From Octopus vulgaris (Eukaryota): a stretch of 64,000 nucleotides of DNA. How positions within the stretch are numbered: the first letter of the stretch is position 1; each line of letters opens with the position of its first letter. This document shows, in pieces, positions 11,901-24,600 of the stretch. Location: positions 71,176,001 through 71,240,000 of the forward strand of contig OX597815.1 of assembly GCA_951406725.2 (NCBI GenBank). Direction: 5' to 3'. The position numbers were made by a program, and so were the translations under genes. The notes beneath the pieces were generated by a model. That model saw only the letters and a list, made by a program, of their open reading frames with translations, ran no database searches and was not told the DNA's origin.

Positions 11901-12424
11901 ATGTGGCTATACATTTATATATGTACATGTATATGTATATACATATATATATATATATATATGTGTACATATTTGTGTGTGTGTAAGTGTGCATGTATGG
12001 ATCTGTGTACAATTATGTGTATATATATATATGTATAATATATACACATACATACAAATATATGTATGTACATACAAACGCACACACACACGCGCGCGCA
12101 CACACACACACATACATAATAACATACATTTAGGATAACAGTGACAGATTGCAAGATGCTAGCACAGTTATCCAAGTTCAAAGATTTAGATGTTTCGGGT
12201 TTATCTGATCCGATCATACGACTAGCGATTAATTACTTCTTTCTCTCTTTATTTGTTACTCATATTCACAAACTTTAACGTCGGTAGTACAACATCTTAT
12301 ATTCACTGACGTCATAATAATCCAATCTAGACATTGTCACATTGTTTTGTATTTACTTGTTTAGTTATTATCTTGATGCTTATCAAAGATTGATATTATT
12401 TCTTGTTTAATCACACATCGTGAA

Positions 12425-13010
12425 GGTGGGTGGCCAAATGGTTAGAGTATTGCAACCACAATCGTATTATCGTGTCTTTGATTCCCGAACCGTTCAGTGC
12501 GTTGTATTCCTGAGCAAAAAATGTCATTTCACGTTGATCTAGTCCATTCAGCTGTAAATGGGTTCCTGCTAAAGCCGAGAAGTTAACCCTACGACAGATT
12601 GGCTTCCTGTTCAGTAAGGAATTTTGTAATCTCGGTCTACAAATAGGCCTTATAGAAACCAGGTTAAGCTCCAGCCTCGTAAGTCCTCGTGGCTTAGTGT
12701 TTAGGCTATTCAGCTCACGATCGTAGGGTCTTGAGTTCGAAAACCGGGGCGCATTGTGTCCTTGAGCAAGACACTTCATTTCATGTTGCTCCAATCCACT
12801 CAGCTGGCAAAAAATGAGTAATACTTGAATTTCAAAGGCCAGCCTTGTCACACTCTGTGTCCTGCTGAATCTCCATGAGAGCTACGTTAAGTGTATGCGT
12901 GACTGTGGAGTACTCAGCCACTTACACGTTAGTTTCACGAGTAGCCTGTTCCGTTGATCGGATCAAAGATCAACTGGGACCCTCGTCGTTATAATCGACG
13001 GAGTGCTAGC
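12425..13010 (+). mobile_element. Two tandem tRNA-derived SINE family C copies
   Basis: TGGCTTAGTG..AGTTCGAAAACCGG boxes followed by TTGTGTCCTTGAGCAAGACACTTCATTTCATGTTGCTCCAATCCACTCAGCTG. Confidence 0.8.
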
Positions 13011-13079
13011 TTAGCAGTTAATGAGGTCAACTTTGTCTTCCATCCTTTCGGGGTTGATAAAAAAAAAGTATCAATCAAT

Positions 13080-13372
13080 GAAAGAGTTATGTGTGATGTC
13101 TTGCAGTATATATTCCGGCTCTTTGCTATCTGTTTCAACTCAAGTGCATGGCCATCAGTGGTGTGGAGAAGGATATTTTCCTGCATGGAGAACTGCCAGT
13201 TTTCTTCAACATGCCATAAATCTTGCATATTCATGTGTAGATGCGTGGTTAACGATGACTGACAGAGGCCTTTTATTTATGGAATTCCTTTCTCTACAAT
13301 TATTATCCTATCATATCCACGTGACTGGCTCAGTACGTCTCTTCCTTTATGTCGTGAGACTACCCAATATAT
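13080..13372 (-). mobile_element. Possible RTE-type LINE 3' coding remnant
   Basis: Minus ORF piece ..WHVEE..LELKQIAKSR resembles RTE C-terminal motifs. Heavily decayed. Confidence 0.3.
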
Positions 13373-13377
13373 AGAGA

Positions 13378-13506
13378 GGCGCAGGCGTGGCTGCGTGGTA
13401 AGAAGACTGCTTCCCAACCACATGGTACCGGGTTCAATCCCACTTTATGGTACCTTGAGGTGGTGTCTTCTAGTGGATTTGGTATACGGAAATTGAAAAA
13501 TGACCG

Positions 13507-13510
<4 letters not shown>
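13378..13510 (+). mobile_element. SINE family A, 5' part
   Basis: GGCGCAGGCGTGGCTGCGTGGTAAGAAG..GGGTTCAATCCCAC..GTGGATTTGGTA, then (TA)n. Confidence 0.8.
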
Positions 13511-13538
<28 letters not shown>

Positions 13539-13609
13539 CTGTGTGTGTGCGTGTAGTGTGTCTGTATGCGTGCGTGCGTGTGTATGTATATATGTGTATA
13601 TGTATATAT

Positions 13610-14285
13610 ATAAATATATGTGAGAATACATATACATATATATGTATATATACATGCATATAAGGGTACAGGACATAAAAAAAACGTTGAACACAATGAG
13701 AAACGAAAACATAAAAACAAAAACAGAAACGAATTTTCTTTCGAACAACGAAAAAACAGAGAAACGAGACATACAACATAAAGAATACTGTCTCCTTCAT
13801 AAGCTCGTCTTCCTACCGTTCTATCGTATTGGCTTAACAACCCTCACCGTTTTTTTACTGTTTAGTTCTCACTGTCCTGTTCTTGTTACCACTTTGAATC
13901 TCCGCAAAAAAATCGCAAATTTTATTTAATTCGCTTTGCGGGAAGGACTGTTTCAACGAAGTCGCGTCTTGTCCTTGCCTTCGTAAAGGCGGAGTAGATT
14001 AAAGAGGGACAACTGAAGGAGGGGAATATTCTTTATTTTGTATGTCTCGTTTCTCTGTTTGTTTTCTTCGTTGTTCGAAAACAAAATTCGTTTCTATGTT
14101 TCTGTTTTTATGTTTTCGTTTCATCATTGTGTTTTGATGTTCTATACCCTTATATGCATGTATATATACATATATATGTAGGCATGTACATATATGTATG
14201 TATATATGCATATAATTATATATTATTTACATTTTTATATGATCGAACGCCACGCATCCTTTTCCAAGTAAATTTTATCTCTCAC
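13610..14285. mobile_element. PLE-like non-coding element with inverted arms
   Basis: 13650-13800 is the reverse complement of ~14010-14165. Same family as 40811-42030. Confidence 0.7.
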
Positions 14286-14334
14286 TCTCTCTCTATATAT
14301 ATAAGTATATATACATACATATTTGAAATTAAAA

Positions 14335-14900
14335 TGACAAAGGAAGCGGAATCTCCACATATACTTCATAATTTGACGACTTCCTGTTTGCCAGGGAATC
14401 AGATAACAGCAGCAAAAGCATTCCATGCTTCTTTTTCAAAACCAGACATGATCTTGAAAAACTGTTTGTCCTGCAATCCCCACCTAATATGTGGTCTATC
14501 AAACACATCAACCTTAATTTTCTCACAAGAGAAAGTTGGAAACTTTCTGCTTCAGTATTTGCAACAGCCACTATCTCAGTGTTCCAAACAAATATTTTAC
14601 ACTCTGTATGAGGTGCTCCAGTCTTTGTCTCGATCACCTAGTTTCATGCTTTGTCTCGATCACCTAGTTTTCTTTTAGAAAATCTGTGATTTTCTTTCGC
14701 TGCCTATGTAAAGTGTAACATCCACAAATATAGCAGAAGACATCGGGATTGTTTTTACATTTTCTTCTCTCACAACTGGCCATATATCTGAAGTACAAAA
14801 CATATATTCAAACCAGTTGTCATCTGGGAAAATTATTTTCAGAATTGTCAACAGTTAAAAAGTAAGCAATAGCAGATTTGTGATGGCAAAGTTCCATAAA
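14335..14900 (-). mobile_element. Chapaev3-like (CMC / RAG-related) transposase remnant, internally deleted
   Basis: From ATG at 14783: MASCERRKCKNNPDVFCYICGCYTLHRQRKKITDFLK, then KLGDRDK..APHTECK, then EKIKVDVFDRPHIR..EKEAWNAF..NRKSSNYE, matching recalled Chapaev3 motifs. The 5' non-coding part probably continues at 15809-~16120. Confidence 0.7.
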
Positions 14901-14907
14901 GAGTATA

Positions 14908-15806
14908 CGAGTGGGTACCGAAAAGAAACCGGAATTTTTCTATGCTATTTTATTCACTTAGTTTTACATGTTTACAGTTTTATCGCCTTCAAAGTATTCT
15001 GCATTTGAAGCAATGCATCGGTCCAGATGTGTTTTCACTGTTCGGAGCAGTCCCGGAACTTCGCTAGAAGTCTTGCCAAGTGATGCCTTTTAACGCCTCC
15101 GTCGTTTTTTTATTCGCCTCTCCCACATCTCCAAATTCCGTAGTACCAGCTTTCGTTACCATTGATGACCTTCGAAAAAAGGTCTGGATCAACTTCCAAC
15201 TGTTCTTTCAATTCACAACATGCATTCAGTACTGACTACTTTTGATCTTCTGTGAGTAGGTGAGGCACAAATTTTGCTGCAGCTCTTTTCATTCGCAATT
15301 CTCCGCTCAAAATTCATTGGCAGGAGCTCCAGGACACATCATTCATATCAACAAGTTCGTCAATTGTTCAGTGACGGTCCTCCAAGATCAGTTCATAAAT
15401 TTTCATGATGTTTTCATTCATTCCGGAGGTCGACGGTCACCCTGAACGGGATTTGCCTTCAAGCGACAAGTGACCATTCCTAAAGCATGAAAAACACTCA
15501 TAAACACGTGTTTTGCTCATGGCACCGTCCTTGTCAGTAGTTTGAAGCATGAGAACTGTTCGGCCACCATTTTCCCCAGGAGAAAACAGAATTTCCCGGA
15601 AGCACGCTGTTCCTTTGTTTCAGCCATCGCAAAAATCGACGAACAGGGGAAAAGCATTGCAAAACAAAGACGCACCACGTGACAGTACTACTTAACTCGA
15701 CGACGCCTGATAGTTGCATAAAGTGGCTTCAAGAACGGCAGAAATCTGAACTGCAACAGGCTTATTCCACAGAGAACGTTTCCGGTTACTACTGGGTACT
15801 CCCTCG
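14908..15806 (-). mobile_element. Internally deleted mariner element
   Basis: TA-CGAG(T/G)G(G/A)GTACC..AACCGGA imperfect TIRs; TA TSD at 14906-7 and 15807-8; decayed N-terminal HTH coding sequence. Confidence 0.8.
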
Positions 15807-16129
15807 TACGTTCTTTGCCCGTGCTTGACTAAAAGTGACCTTGATCCATGTGAACTCACAATTAAAACATGAAGGGCGCATTCAAAATACCAGTTTTCAT
15901 ACGAAATAGTTAAAGATTCAACAAAATATATCTCACCTAGTTTTCGATGATATCTCTTCAACTGTATTAAAGTGAAAAAGAAATTCTAAATATTCGAGCA
16001 CTATAAACACACACCGAAATTCATCCAACGGGTTCAAAAATGATCTATGGTGATCCTCGAAAATCAAAGAAACCCATTGTCACAGAACTTCAGGTATCAG
16101 TGTAGAATACCAGAACCGTGGTGCATGAG

Positions 16130-16465
16130 AACATTTGATACAAGTTGTATATACAGAAGGTAAATCTGCAAAGACAGAGGAAAGCAGTTTGATCCGTGTC
16201 AGGCTGTTACTTAACAAGTTTTAAAAAACCCTCGTGAACATGGCATCTTTTGGTTATTCTCTGACGAGAAAATCTTCAACCAAGAGCAAAAGTCTTACAT
16301 GATAAATGATAGATGGCTATCCTTCTGATGTCTGCAGTGTGATGCACACTAAGTTCCCAGCAAATGCGATGGTTTTAGGAATGGGGAGTAATAAAAGTGC
16401 CACCTCACATTTTCCCACGGGGTCTTAGAATTAATGCTACGGTATATGTCATAATACAGGAGACA
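16130..16465 (+). mobile_element. maT (DD37D)-like transposase fragment
   Basis: Translates with frameshifts to SDEKIFNQEQK..NDRWL..VMHTKFPANAMVLG..PPH.F..GLRINA. Confidence 0.65.
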
Positions 16466-17160
16466 TTCCACTACAAACATCATCAACCACCCCGTCAGCC
16501 TACATCGGGATCATGAACTCAATGGTACAGTTAGTAATCGCATAGCAAGAAAAGGTTGATTCCATATTGATTGTCATGATAATTATATGGTTTAATTTTG
16601 TGATTCAGTTTGTAAATTAACTCTCAATTTTTTGTTATTGACAAGTTGTTTTACGCACTTCATCTGATTCAAACATTTGCAATGAGTAGAAATGATACGA
16701 AGGGACAGTGTTCGTAACTGGCCTCAATGTTCTTTGACAAAAGTATACGCAACAGTCGAGAGAGATGTATTTTTGTTGATTCATATGACACGTCAATGCT
16801 CAGATATGAATAGACTAAGTAGTCACGTCAGTTTAACTTTCCAATAAACACTTGCCAGCCAGACACACCAGATATCCGATAGAAAGCATTCATTGTGTTG
16901 CTTTAACAATAGTTTACCTTTCTGTTACTAATCTCTTTACCTATTGGAAAAGTGTCACCTATACAGACAGATAAGTGCAAATGCAAGCTGGTTTATATTT
17001 CTGTATACTGTGGAATGAGCTTGTACAAAATCTCGAGTTACCTATACGCTATTTTACTTCATTGAGTTTTTATACTTTATTTTCTTTCTAAATAGATTAG
17101 TAAACAGGCTCAGAATACTGTTGACTTAGTTACTTGCATTTTGTTCAATGAATAAACTGA

Positions 17161-17192
<32 letters not shown>

Positions 17193-17195
<3 letters not shown>

Positions 17196-17390
17196 GTAAC
17201 TGAATGACGAGAATAATATTTACATGGAATCCAAAAACGTTACTATTATTGAAGGCCTTCACAAAAATATCATTGTATTACGTCAAATCACATCATTGCA
17301 TTTACCTTAAGCATATAACTTCGGTCTCATTCTAAACTGATTCATTTATTGTTCCAAATATTGGTTGACAGACAAATTCCTTCGTTTTTA
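17193..17390 (+). mobile_element. Short insert between (TA)n tracts with possible hammerhead relic
   Basis: GUAA-CUGAaUGA..aAAAC-GUU-UAC at ~17196-17243. Degenerate. Confidence 0.3.
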
Positions 17391-17405
17391 TATATATACA
17401 TACAC

Positions 17406-17466
<61 letters not shown>

Positions 17467-17468
<2 letters not shown>

Positions 17469-17682
17469 GGAGTAAACACATAAATGTGAAACAAGGTGGA
17501 AAAAAGAGTACTCAAATACCAGTGGTAGAGTAATATGTTTTATTTAAAGCAGCAGAAAATTCAACAAAACTTGTTACTCTGAGTTTCCCGTTTCCGTTCG
17601 TCGGACAGTTTTTGCTAGCAAAAACGGAAACGGGAAACTCAGAGTAACAGGTTTTGTTGAATTTTCTGCTGCTTTAAACAAA

Positions 17683-17686
<4 letters not shown>
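17467..17686. mobile_element. Palindromic PLE-like fragment with hammerhead relic, in (TA)n
   Basis: Arms 17534-17598 and 17624-17686 around the perfect palindrome GTTTTTGCTAGCAAAAAC. Minus strand CcGAcGA..GAAAC-UCAGA-GUA. Confidence 0.7.
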
Positions 17687-17727
<41 letters not shown>

Positions 17728-17927
17728 GTATTCGATAGCCTGAAAATAGTGAAAATTTATTCAAAATTCAAAAACGATTAACAAAAGTTGTAAAGAAAGA
17801 TTAGTGTGACAAAAAAAATTAAAACACTACAGTAAAAATAATGGAAAGGATTGAAATAAATGAAAAAAAAATAACGACCGAATTTATGTGACAACCAAAT
17901 ACATGAAGTAATATTTATGTAATGAAT

Positions 17928-18733
17928 AAGACAGTGAGCTGGCAGAATCGTAAGCGAAATGCCGTTACGTTCTGAATTCAAATTTCGCCGGGGTCGACTT
18001 TGCCTTTCATCATTCTGGGGTCGATAAATTAAATACCAGTTGCGTACTGATGCCGATCTAATCGACTGGCGCCCCCTGTCCCGAAAATTTCGGGGCTTGA
18101 ACCTAGTGTAGAAAAGAATATTTATGTAATGATTAAGATAGCGAGCTGGCAGAATCGTGAGCACGTCGGGCGAAATGCTTAGTGGTATTTCGTCTGCCAT
18201 TATGTTCTGAGTTCAAATTCCGCCTAGGTTGACTTTGCCTTTCATCCTTTCGGGGTCGATTAAATAAGTACCAGTTACGCACTGGGATCGATATAATCGA
18301 CTTAATCCGGTTGTCTGTTTTTGTTTTTGTGCTCTCTGTGTTTAGCCCCTAGTGGGTAGTAAAGAAATAGGTATTTCGTCTGCCGTTACGTTCTGAGTTC
18401 AAATTCTGCCGAGGTCGACTACCTTTCTTCCTTTCGGGGACGATAAATTAAATACCTGTTGCGTACTGATGTCGATCTAATTGATTGCTCCCCTCCTAAA
18501 AAATTTCAGGCCTTGTGCCTAGAGCAAAAAAAAATATTTATGTAATGATTAAGACAGCAAGTTGGCAGGATCGTGAGCACGTCGGGCAAAATGCTTAGTG
18601 GCATTTCATCCGTCTTTACGTTCTGAGTTCCAATTCCGTCGAGGTCTACTTCGCCTTTCATCTTTCGGGATTGATAAAATAAGTACCTCTTGAGCATTTA
18701 CACTTTCTGATTTCGTGCCAAACTTTGAAATCA
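17928..18733 (+). mobile_element. Head-to-tail array of SINE family B copies
   Basis: Three heads (GAGCTGGCAGAATCG and variant) plus one headless copy. Junction sequence AATATTTA(T/C)GTAATGA four times. Confidence 0.85.
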
Positions 18734-18964
18734 ATATTTACGTAATGATTCGCTTGGTAGATAATTCTAATCCTAACGCTGGGCTGTTTAAATATAAACA
18801 GACGTAACTTGATAATCTGTTATATAAATTTGTATTAAGATAACTGCCTAACCAGGATAAAATGCTTTGGAAACTAGTATTTTATATCAGTTGATAATTA
18901 ATTTGGTTCGTGGTTTTAATAGCAACAACTTAATTTGAACTCCTCGTCATACGACAGAAATCTT

Positions 18965-19315
18965 TTTTATTTTTTTATCCTTTACTTCTTTCAGTTATTG
19001 GACTGCCGTCATTCTGGGGTACCTTCTTCGAGGAAGTCTTCGGTCGAACCAGTTGATCCCAGTACTTATTTGTAAATCTGGTATTTATTCTATCGGTCTC
19101 TCCTTCCCAATCCGCTAAGTTACAGGGACGTAAACAAACCAACACCGATTGTCAAGCAGAGGTGAGGTTTAACACACAATTCACAATTCACACACACACA
19201 CACACATACGACGGGATTCCAGATTCACTCATAAGGCATTGGTAGGCTCGGGCTAATAACAGAAGATACTTTCTCAAGGAGCCGTATAGTTGGACTGAAC
19301 CCGAAACAACATTTG
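18965..19315 (-). mobile_element. SINE family A
   Basis: Reverse complement of the tail and body, with (CA)n. Confidence 0.75.
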
Positions 19316-19409
19316 TCTAAGTATATCTGCATTAATTCTAGACAGTGTCTAATCAAGAATATATCAGTTCTACTTAAAGTAAAATACATCATCATCATCA
19401 TCATCATCA

Positions 19410-19440
<31 letters not shown>

Positions 19441-19441
19441 T

Positions 19442-19472
<31 letters not shown>

Positions 19473-19960
19473 ACAACAACAACAACAGCAACAACAACAA
19501 ATGCAGTTCTGATAGTTATCGATTGTTGATATAACGACCAAGAAAACGCGTTAGAAAACAATTACATATTAAAATTCACACACGAATGATAAATTTATAT
19601 TTCCCAATTTACAATTCACATACGAATGACAAATTAAGTTTGCTTCACTTCATTGTGCAATTCTATAATAATGAAGTTATTCTCCAGCTACGTGAAACCG
19701 TCAAATGATGAAGGCTGTAGGGAATTATAAATACAGTCTATCATAAACCATACAGCAGGCTTACTTTTAACAATAGTTTCATTTACATATTTTATTGGTA
19801 AATAAATCAATAGAACTGTAACAAGCTGTTCCGACTATTATAAATAGTACATAGGGTATGAGGTTCCGTAAATGATGTTATAAATAGAACTTAGGGGATA
19901 AAACTTTAAAAATTATATTATATATATAACATAGGGCATAAGGCTTTTGAAACCATACAT

Positions 19961-20355
19961 AGGCGCAGGTATGGCTGTGTGGTAAGAAGCTTGCTTCTTA
20001 ACAGATGGTTCTGGGTTCAGTTGCACTGAGTGGCACTTTAGGGAAAGTGTTTTCTACTATAGCCTCGGGTTGACCAAAGCCTTGCAGTGGATTTAGTTGA
20101 TGGAGACTGAAAGAAGCCTGTCATACACACACAAACACGCACATGCACACACACATATACATGTTTGTGTGTGTATCGCGTGTCTTTGTGTCTGTGTTTG
20201 TCCCCCACCACAGCTTGACAACTGGTGTTGATGTGTTTGCGTCCCCGTAACTTAACGGCTCGGCAAAAGTGACCGATAGAATAAGTACCAAGCTTTAAAA
20301 AAGTGCTGAGTCGATTTGTTCGGCTAAAAACAAATGACTGAAACAAGTAAAAGAT
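19961..20355 (+). mobile_element. SINE family A
   Basis: Full head AGGCGCAGGTATGGCTGTGTGGTAAGAAGC.. through TGACTGAAACAAGTAAAAG. Confidence 0.85.
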
Positions 20356-20389
20356 CATAGATATGTTTATGAATTATGTCATAAATGGC

Positions 20390-21030
20390 ACATAAGATGT
20401 GGAACTGGATATAAAATACATGATTAGAATGGCAGCAGAAGTGTTTCAGCGTCTGTACTCCATTTGGGCAACCTCAAACATCAGCACAGATGTAAATATC
20501 CTTCTATATAACTTCACCGTTCTGTTGTCCACTGCAATGTATTTTAGTGAGATTTTGAAGAGCGCAGTAAAGACATATAGAAAAACTAAACGTATTCCAT
20601 CAAAGGTATCTCAGAAACACCCTGAGGAGGAACTAGAGTAACCGTGTTACAAATGAGGAGGTTCTGAGAAGAGATAGGTAAGAACCTCTGCAAAAGATTG
20701 TAGCAGAGAACGTATTCGGCCTAACTGGCCACATTCTGTCTTGCATCAGTGATTCTCAACCATTTTTTGCCTGTGGACCTCTTGATTTCTATTTTATTTT
20801 ACTGGACCTCCATAGCCATTCGATGTGTATAAAACATTCCAACTGCATTTTTATAATTAAATATTAAGAATTGTATAAAAATTGTTGAAATATTTTGTGA
20901 ATTGCAGATTTCAACAAAGAACATTTCATGGAATGGATGTGCAAATGCAGCAGCCGAACCAAATCGAGTGGAGGAAACTTGACACCCATTGCGTAACCCA
21001 TGAGGACCTGAGTCAAAAGATATTAAATTA
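20390..21030 (+). mobile_element. RTE-clade LINE 3' fragment interrupted by a hAT-like MITE piece (~20748-20900)
   Basis: DVELDIKYMIRMAAEVFQRLYSIW..NVFHQRYLR..RVTNEEVLRR is the post-RT region of RTE elements. CAGTGATTCTCAACC is a hAT-type terminus. Confidence 0.7.
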
Positions 21031-21049
21031 AGAATACGAGGCTTTAGTA

Positions 21050-21613
21050 TCGGTACATCCCATAAATGATGCGATCTTTTACACTTCCTTTATTTTTTAA
21101 AATTAAGATAAACAATGTTCTTTTTTAAGCTAAAATATACTATCCTTCAATTTCTACAATGCTCTTCCATCTATCTGGTAGACTTGCAATGCCCCTCTTC
21201 CAAAATTCACTTCTCTGCGACGAAAAATACTCCTCCAGTACTGTTCTGACCTCGTCTACAGAATTTATATTTTTTCCGTCCAAATGATTTTGAAGACTGC
21301 GAAATAAATGATAATCAGATGGAGCAATGTCCGGCAAATATGGTGGGTGAGGCATCGTTTCCCATTCAAACTGTTCCAGCCTTTGAAATGGCAACCTCGC
21401 TGTGTGTGGCCGAGCATTATCCTGATGGAAGAACACCTTTCGTCTTGAAACCAAAGATGGTCGTTTTTCTTCTAGCGTTGACTTAACCTTCTTAAGCTGC
21501 TCGCAGTAGATCTCCTTTGTTATCGTTTGGTTTGGGCTTAAAAGTTCAAAGTGGACTAAACCTTTCATATCCCACCTAACAGATGTCAACACTTTACGTG
21601 GATGAAGACCTTC
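21050..21613 (-). mobile_element. mariner (DD34D) 3' half
   Basis: ORF 21140-21592 with HQDNARPH and HPPYLPDIAPSDYHLF. TIR-like end near 21050. Truncated at the hAT junction. Confidence 0.9.
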
Positions 21614-21617
21614 AAAT

Positions 21618-24600
21618 TAGTACCGGATTTGCCATTGCGCTTAAGTGTCTTAAGTTGACCGGTGGGGAGTGGTATCTTCCTACCCCACCAAATTTTTTAC
21701 GATGAAATTTTCAAATGTCAAACGTTCAAATGTTTTTCTTAAAAGTTATTAAAGTGAAATTAATAATGTGAACCCTTTTAAATGTTATTTTTTAACATAA
21801 CATTGTATATAAACAATTCTCTATACAAAAATTGCTTTTGACCAGTAACATAACACAATATGAACGCACTCATTGTATTATCCAATAAAAAATACTTTGA
21901 TAAAATAATTAACATGATGAAAATAACATATTTTCACTGAGTGTACCCATGCAAATTATTTCATAGATAATTTGTATACAAATATGCAATGTGCACTTGT
22001 CAACGTAAAAAAATTACAGAGATAAAACGAGTTATAATGTGAACACAGTATTGTTATAAAATAACACTGATAGATAACATAGTATTGTTATGAAATACAC
22101 TGATAAATAACACTGATAAATAATTGCAATGTAAAAAAATATTCTATGATGTGAACGTACCTTAAGTTGGATTTTTGCTGTGAAGTATATGCGGTATATT
22201 GATTATTTTGTATAAGAGTGTTTGTGTGTGTTATTGTTTTTCCTTTAGCGTCTTTTGTAAGTTCGATCTAGTTTGTAGCAAGTTTTTATCCAACTTTCTG
22301 TTTTAACTTTTGATATTATATTGCTAATTTCTTTTGTTAATTTATTACATACTCACTTTAAATTTGTATTAAGTTCCTAGAATTGAATCCAAACATGTGA
22401 TATTCTGCTCCAGCTCTATAATCATAACAATGAGTAGACCTTGTGAAAGTGGTGTTCGTATAAGAAAACTTCAAAAAGAACAAAAATATATAGTCAAGCG
22501 TTTAAAGCCAATCACATCATTTAGCTTTGCCTACTCAGAACAAACAAGTTCAACAACAGATACAGATTATTCAGATGCGTTACTTGGCGCCCAGGAACAT
22601 TTGTCAGTAACACTTAGTACCAGTGGCACCCAGGAATATTTTTAGTAACTTCAACTACCAGTGACACTGAAGAACCTTCTTCAGTAACTCCAACTATCAG
22701 TGGCATCCAGGAACATTTGTCAGTAACTCCAAGTATCAGTGGTACCCAGGAACATTTATCAATAATTCCAAGCACTGATATCATTGTCAAGATATTTGGA
22801 CCACATTGAACAATGAAGAAATTTCATACTGGATTGAAAAAGGCCCTTCGGAAGGTCAGCACTGAGATAAACCTTTTGAAACTTGGAAGCGAACCTACAA
22901 AATTCAAACTCGTTCATGCTCAAGAATTTTAATCTTCTCCACTAAAATAAATGGAGAAACCTACCCTCGGGAATGGCTAATATAAAGGAAAAGTTTACTG
23001 TTTTGTCTGCAAATTTTTCTCAAAACTCTCTGAGAATTTTTCCTCAATCACAGCTCTAGCTTCTTCAGGATTTGATAACTGGTCTCATACTCAAATTATT
23101 AAGATCCATGAAAATTCCTATGGAATCTATGTTGACCTACTTAACAAGAAAACGTGGTCAGACACTTACAACAAAACTTGATGAACAAATGAAAGCAGAA
23201 TAGGAATACTTGAAGTATGAACTTCAACGGGTGATGGCAGTGATTTGTCTGTTGGCAGAACATGGATTGGCTTTGAGAGATGATAAAACCTTCGGCTCAC
23301 CAAACAACTGAAACTTTCTCGGTTTGCAGGAATTGATTGCCAAATCAGATCCCTTCTTATGTATCCACCTAAATCAATATGGAAATAAAGGATCTGGTCA
23401 TCCATCAATCCCATCCAAAACCATATGTGAAGAAGTTATCCAGCTAATAGCTAAAAAAGGGTTTTGAAAAACTAGTGAAAGAAATAAAAGAAACAGGGTT
23501 CTTTAGTGTATCGGTCGATTCAGCACCTAATGTTGATCAACTAACTGTAATTGTTAGATATGTTTCTCTCCTTGATGGAATACCGGCTGAACGATTTTGA
23601 AGTTCATTGAACTGATGGATCACACAGGTGAAAGAATGGCTAAATTGACAGTGAACTTCTTTGAAGAACTTGAAATTGATTTCAGTAATTGAAGGGGTCA
23701 GTCATATGACAATGCAGCTAACATGGTTGGAAAGTATAATGGCGTTCAACAGAAAATTCTGGAAAAGTATAAGTTTGCAAAATTTATTCCCTGTACTAGA
23801 CATTCCCTAAATCTGGTTGGAAGAGCTACAGTTGACTCTTGCCTAGATGTAGTGAATTTCTTTGGCGTTGTCATTGAATTTTATTGCTTTTTTCAGCCTC
23901 TACAAGACGGTGGGTAGTGCTGAAAAACTTCATGCCACCAGAGTCAAAAGCTCTGCAACAATTATCTGGCACAGAGCTACGTCAGCTATCAGTGAAAGTT
24001 ACGCTCATATTATTGAAGCACTCAATCATATCGATAATGATGACACTGAAAAGAGTAATACTAGACAAGCTTAAAATCTTTTGCAGAAAATGGAAGAATT
24101 TGTATTTGTTTTCATGCTTCATCTTTGGACAGGTTTGCTTGAGAAGTTTCACAAAGTAAGTAATGCCCTTCAAAGTGTACAGATTTCATTGACCACGTGA
24201 GCAAACCTAAACACTTCACTTCTGCAATTTATTTCCAGCACACGGGAAAACTTTGGTAAGATTGAGGAGCAAGCAAACATTACTCTACCTAGTGTAAAGT
24301 ACAAAACTCTCCAAAGAAGGAGTAGAGTACGAAAACGACACCATAATGATGGCAGTGCAACTAAATCTTTTGATGAAGTTCTTCCAAGAGATAATTTTAG
24401 ATGCATTCATTTATCCTTGTAATTGATGTTCTTTGCTCAAATTTAGACAGAATAACTATTGTGTATAGTAATGTTGCTGACAATTTCTCCTTTTTAATTG
24501 ATCTGCAAGCACCGAGGAAACACATTTTCCATAGTGTCAAGAGACTAAAAGAATATCCAAAGGATGCTGATATCAGTCTTGTTGATGAACTCTTGACTTT

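Noticed and set aside
17910-18750. Regularly recurring 16-bp repeat resembling a CRISPR array
   Set aside because: The spacers are 200-400-bp SINE copies, the context is eukaryotic, and there are no cas genes.
21140-21592. SETMAR-like or domesticated transposase gene
   Set aside because: Truncated mariner half with a TIR and no SET domain or splice evidence. The ZMYM1-like hAT is likewise full of stops and frameshifts.
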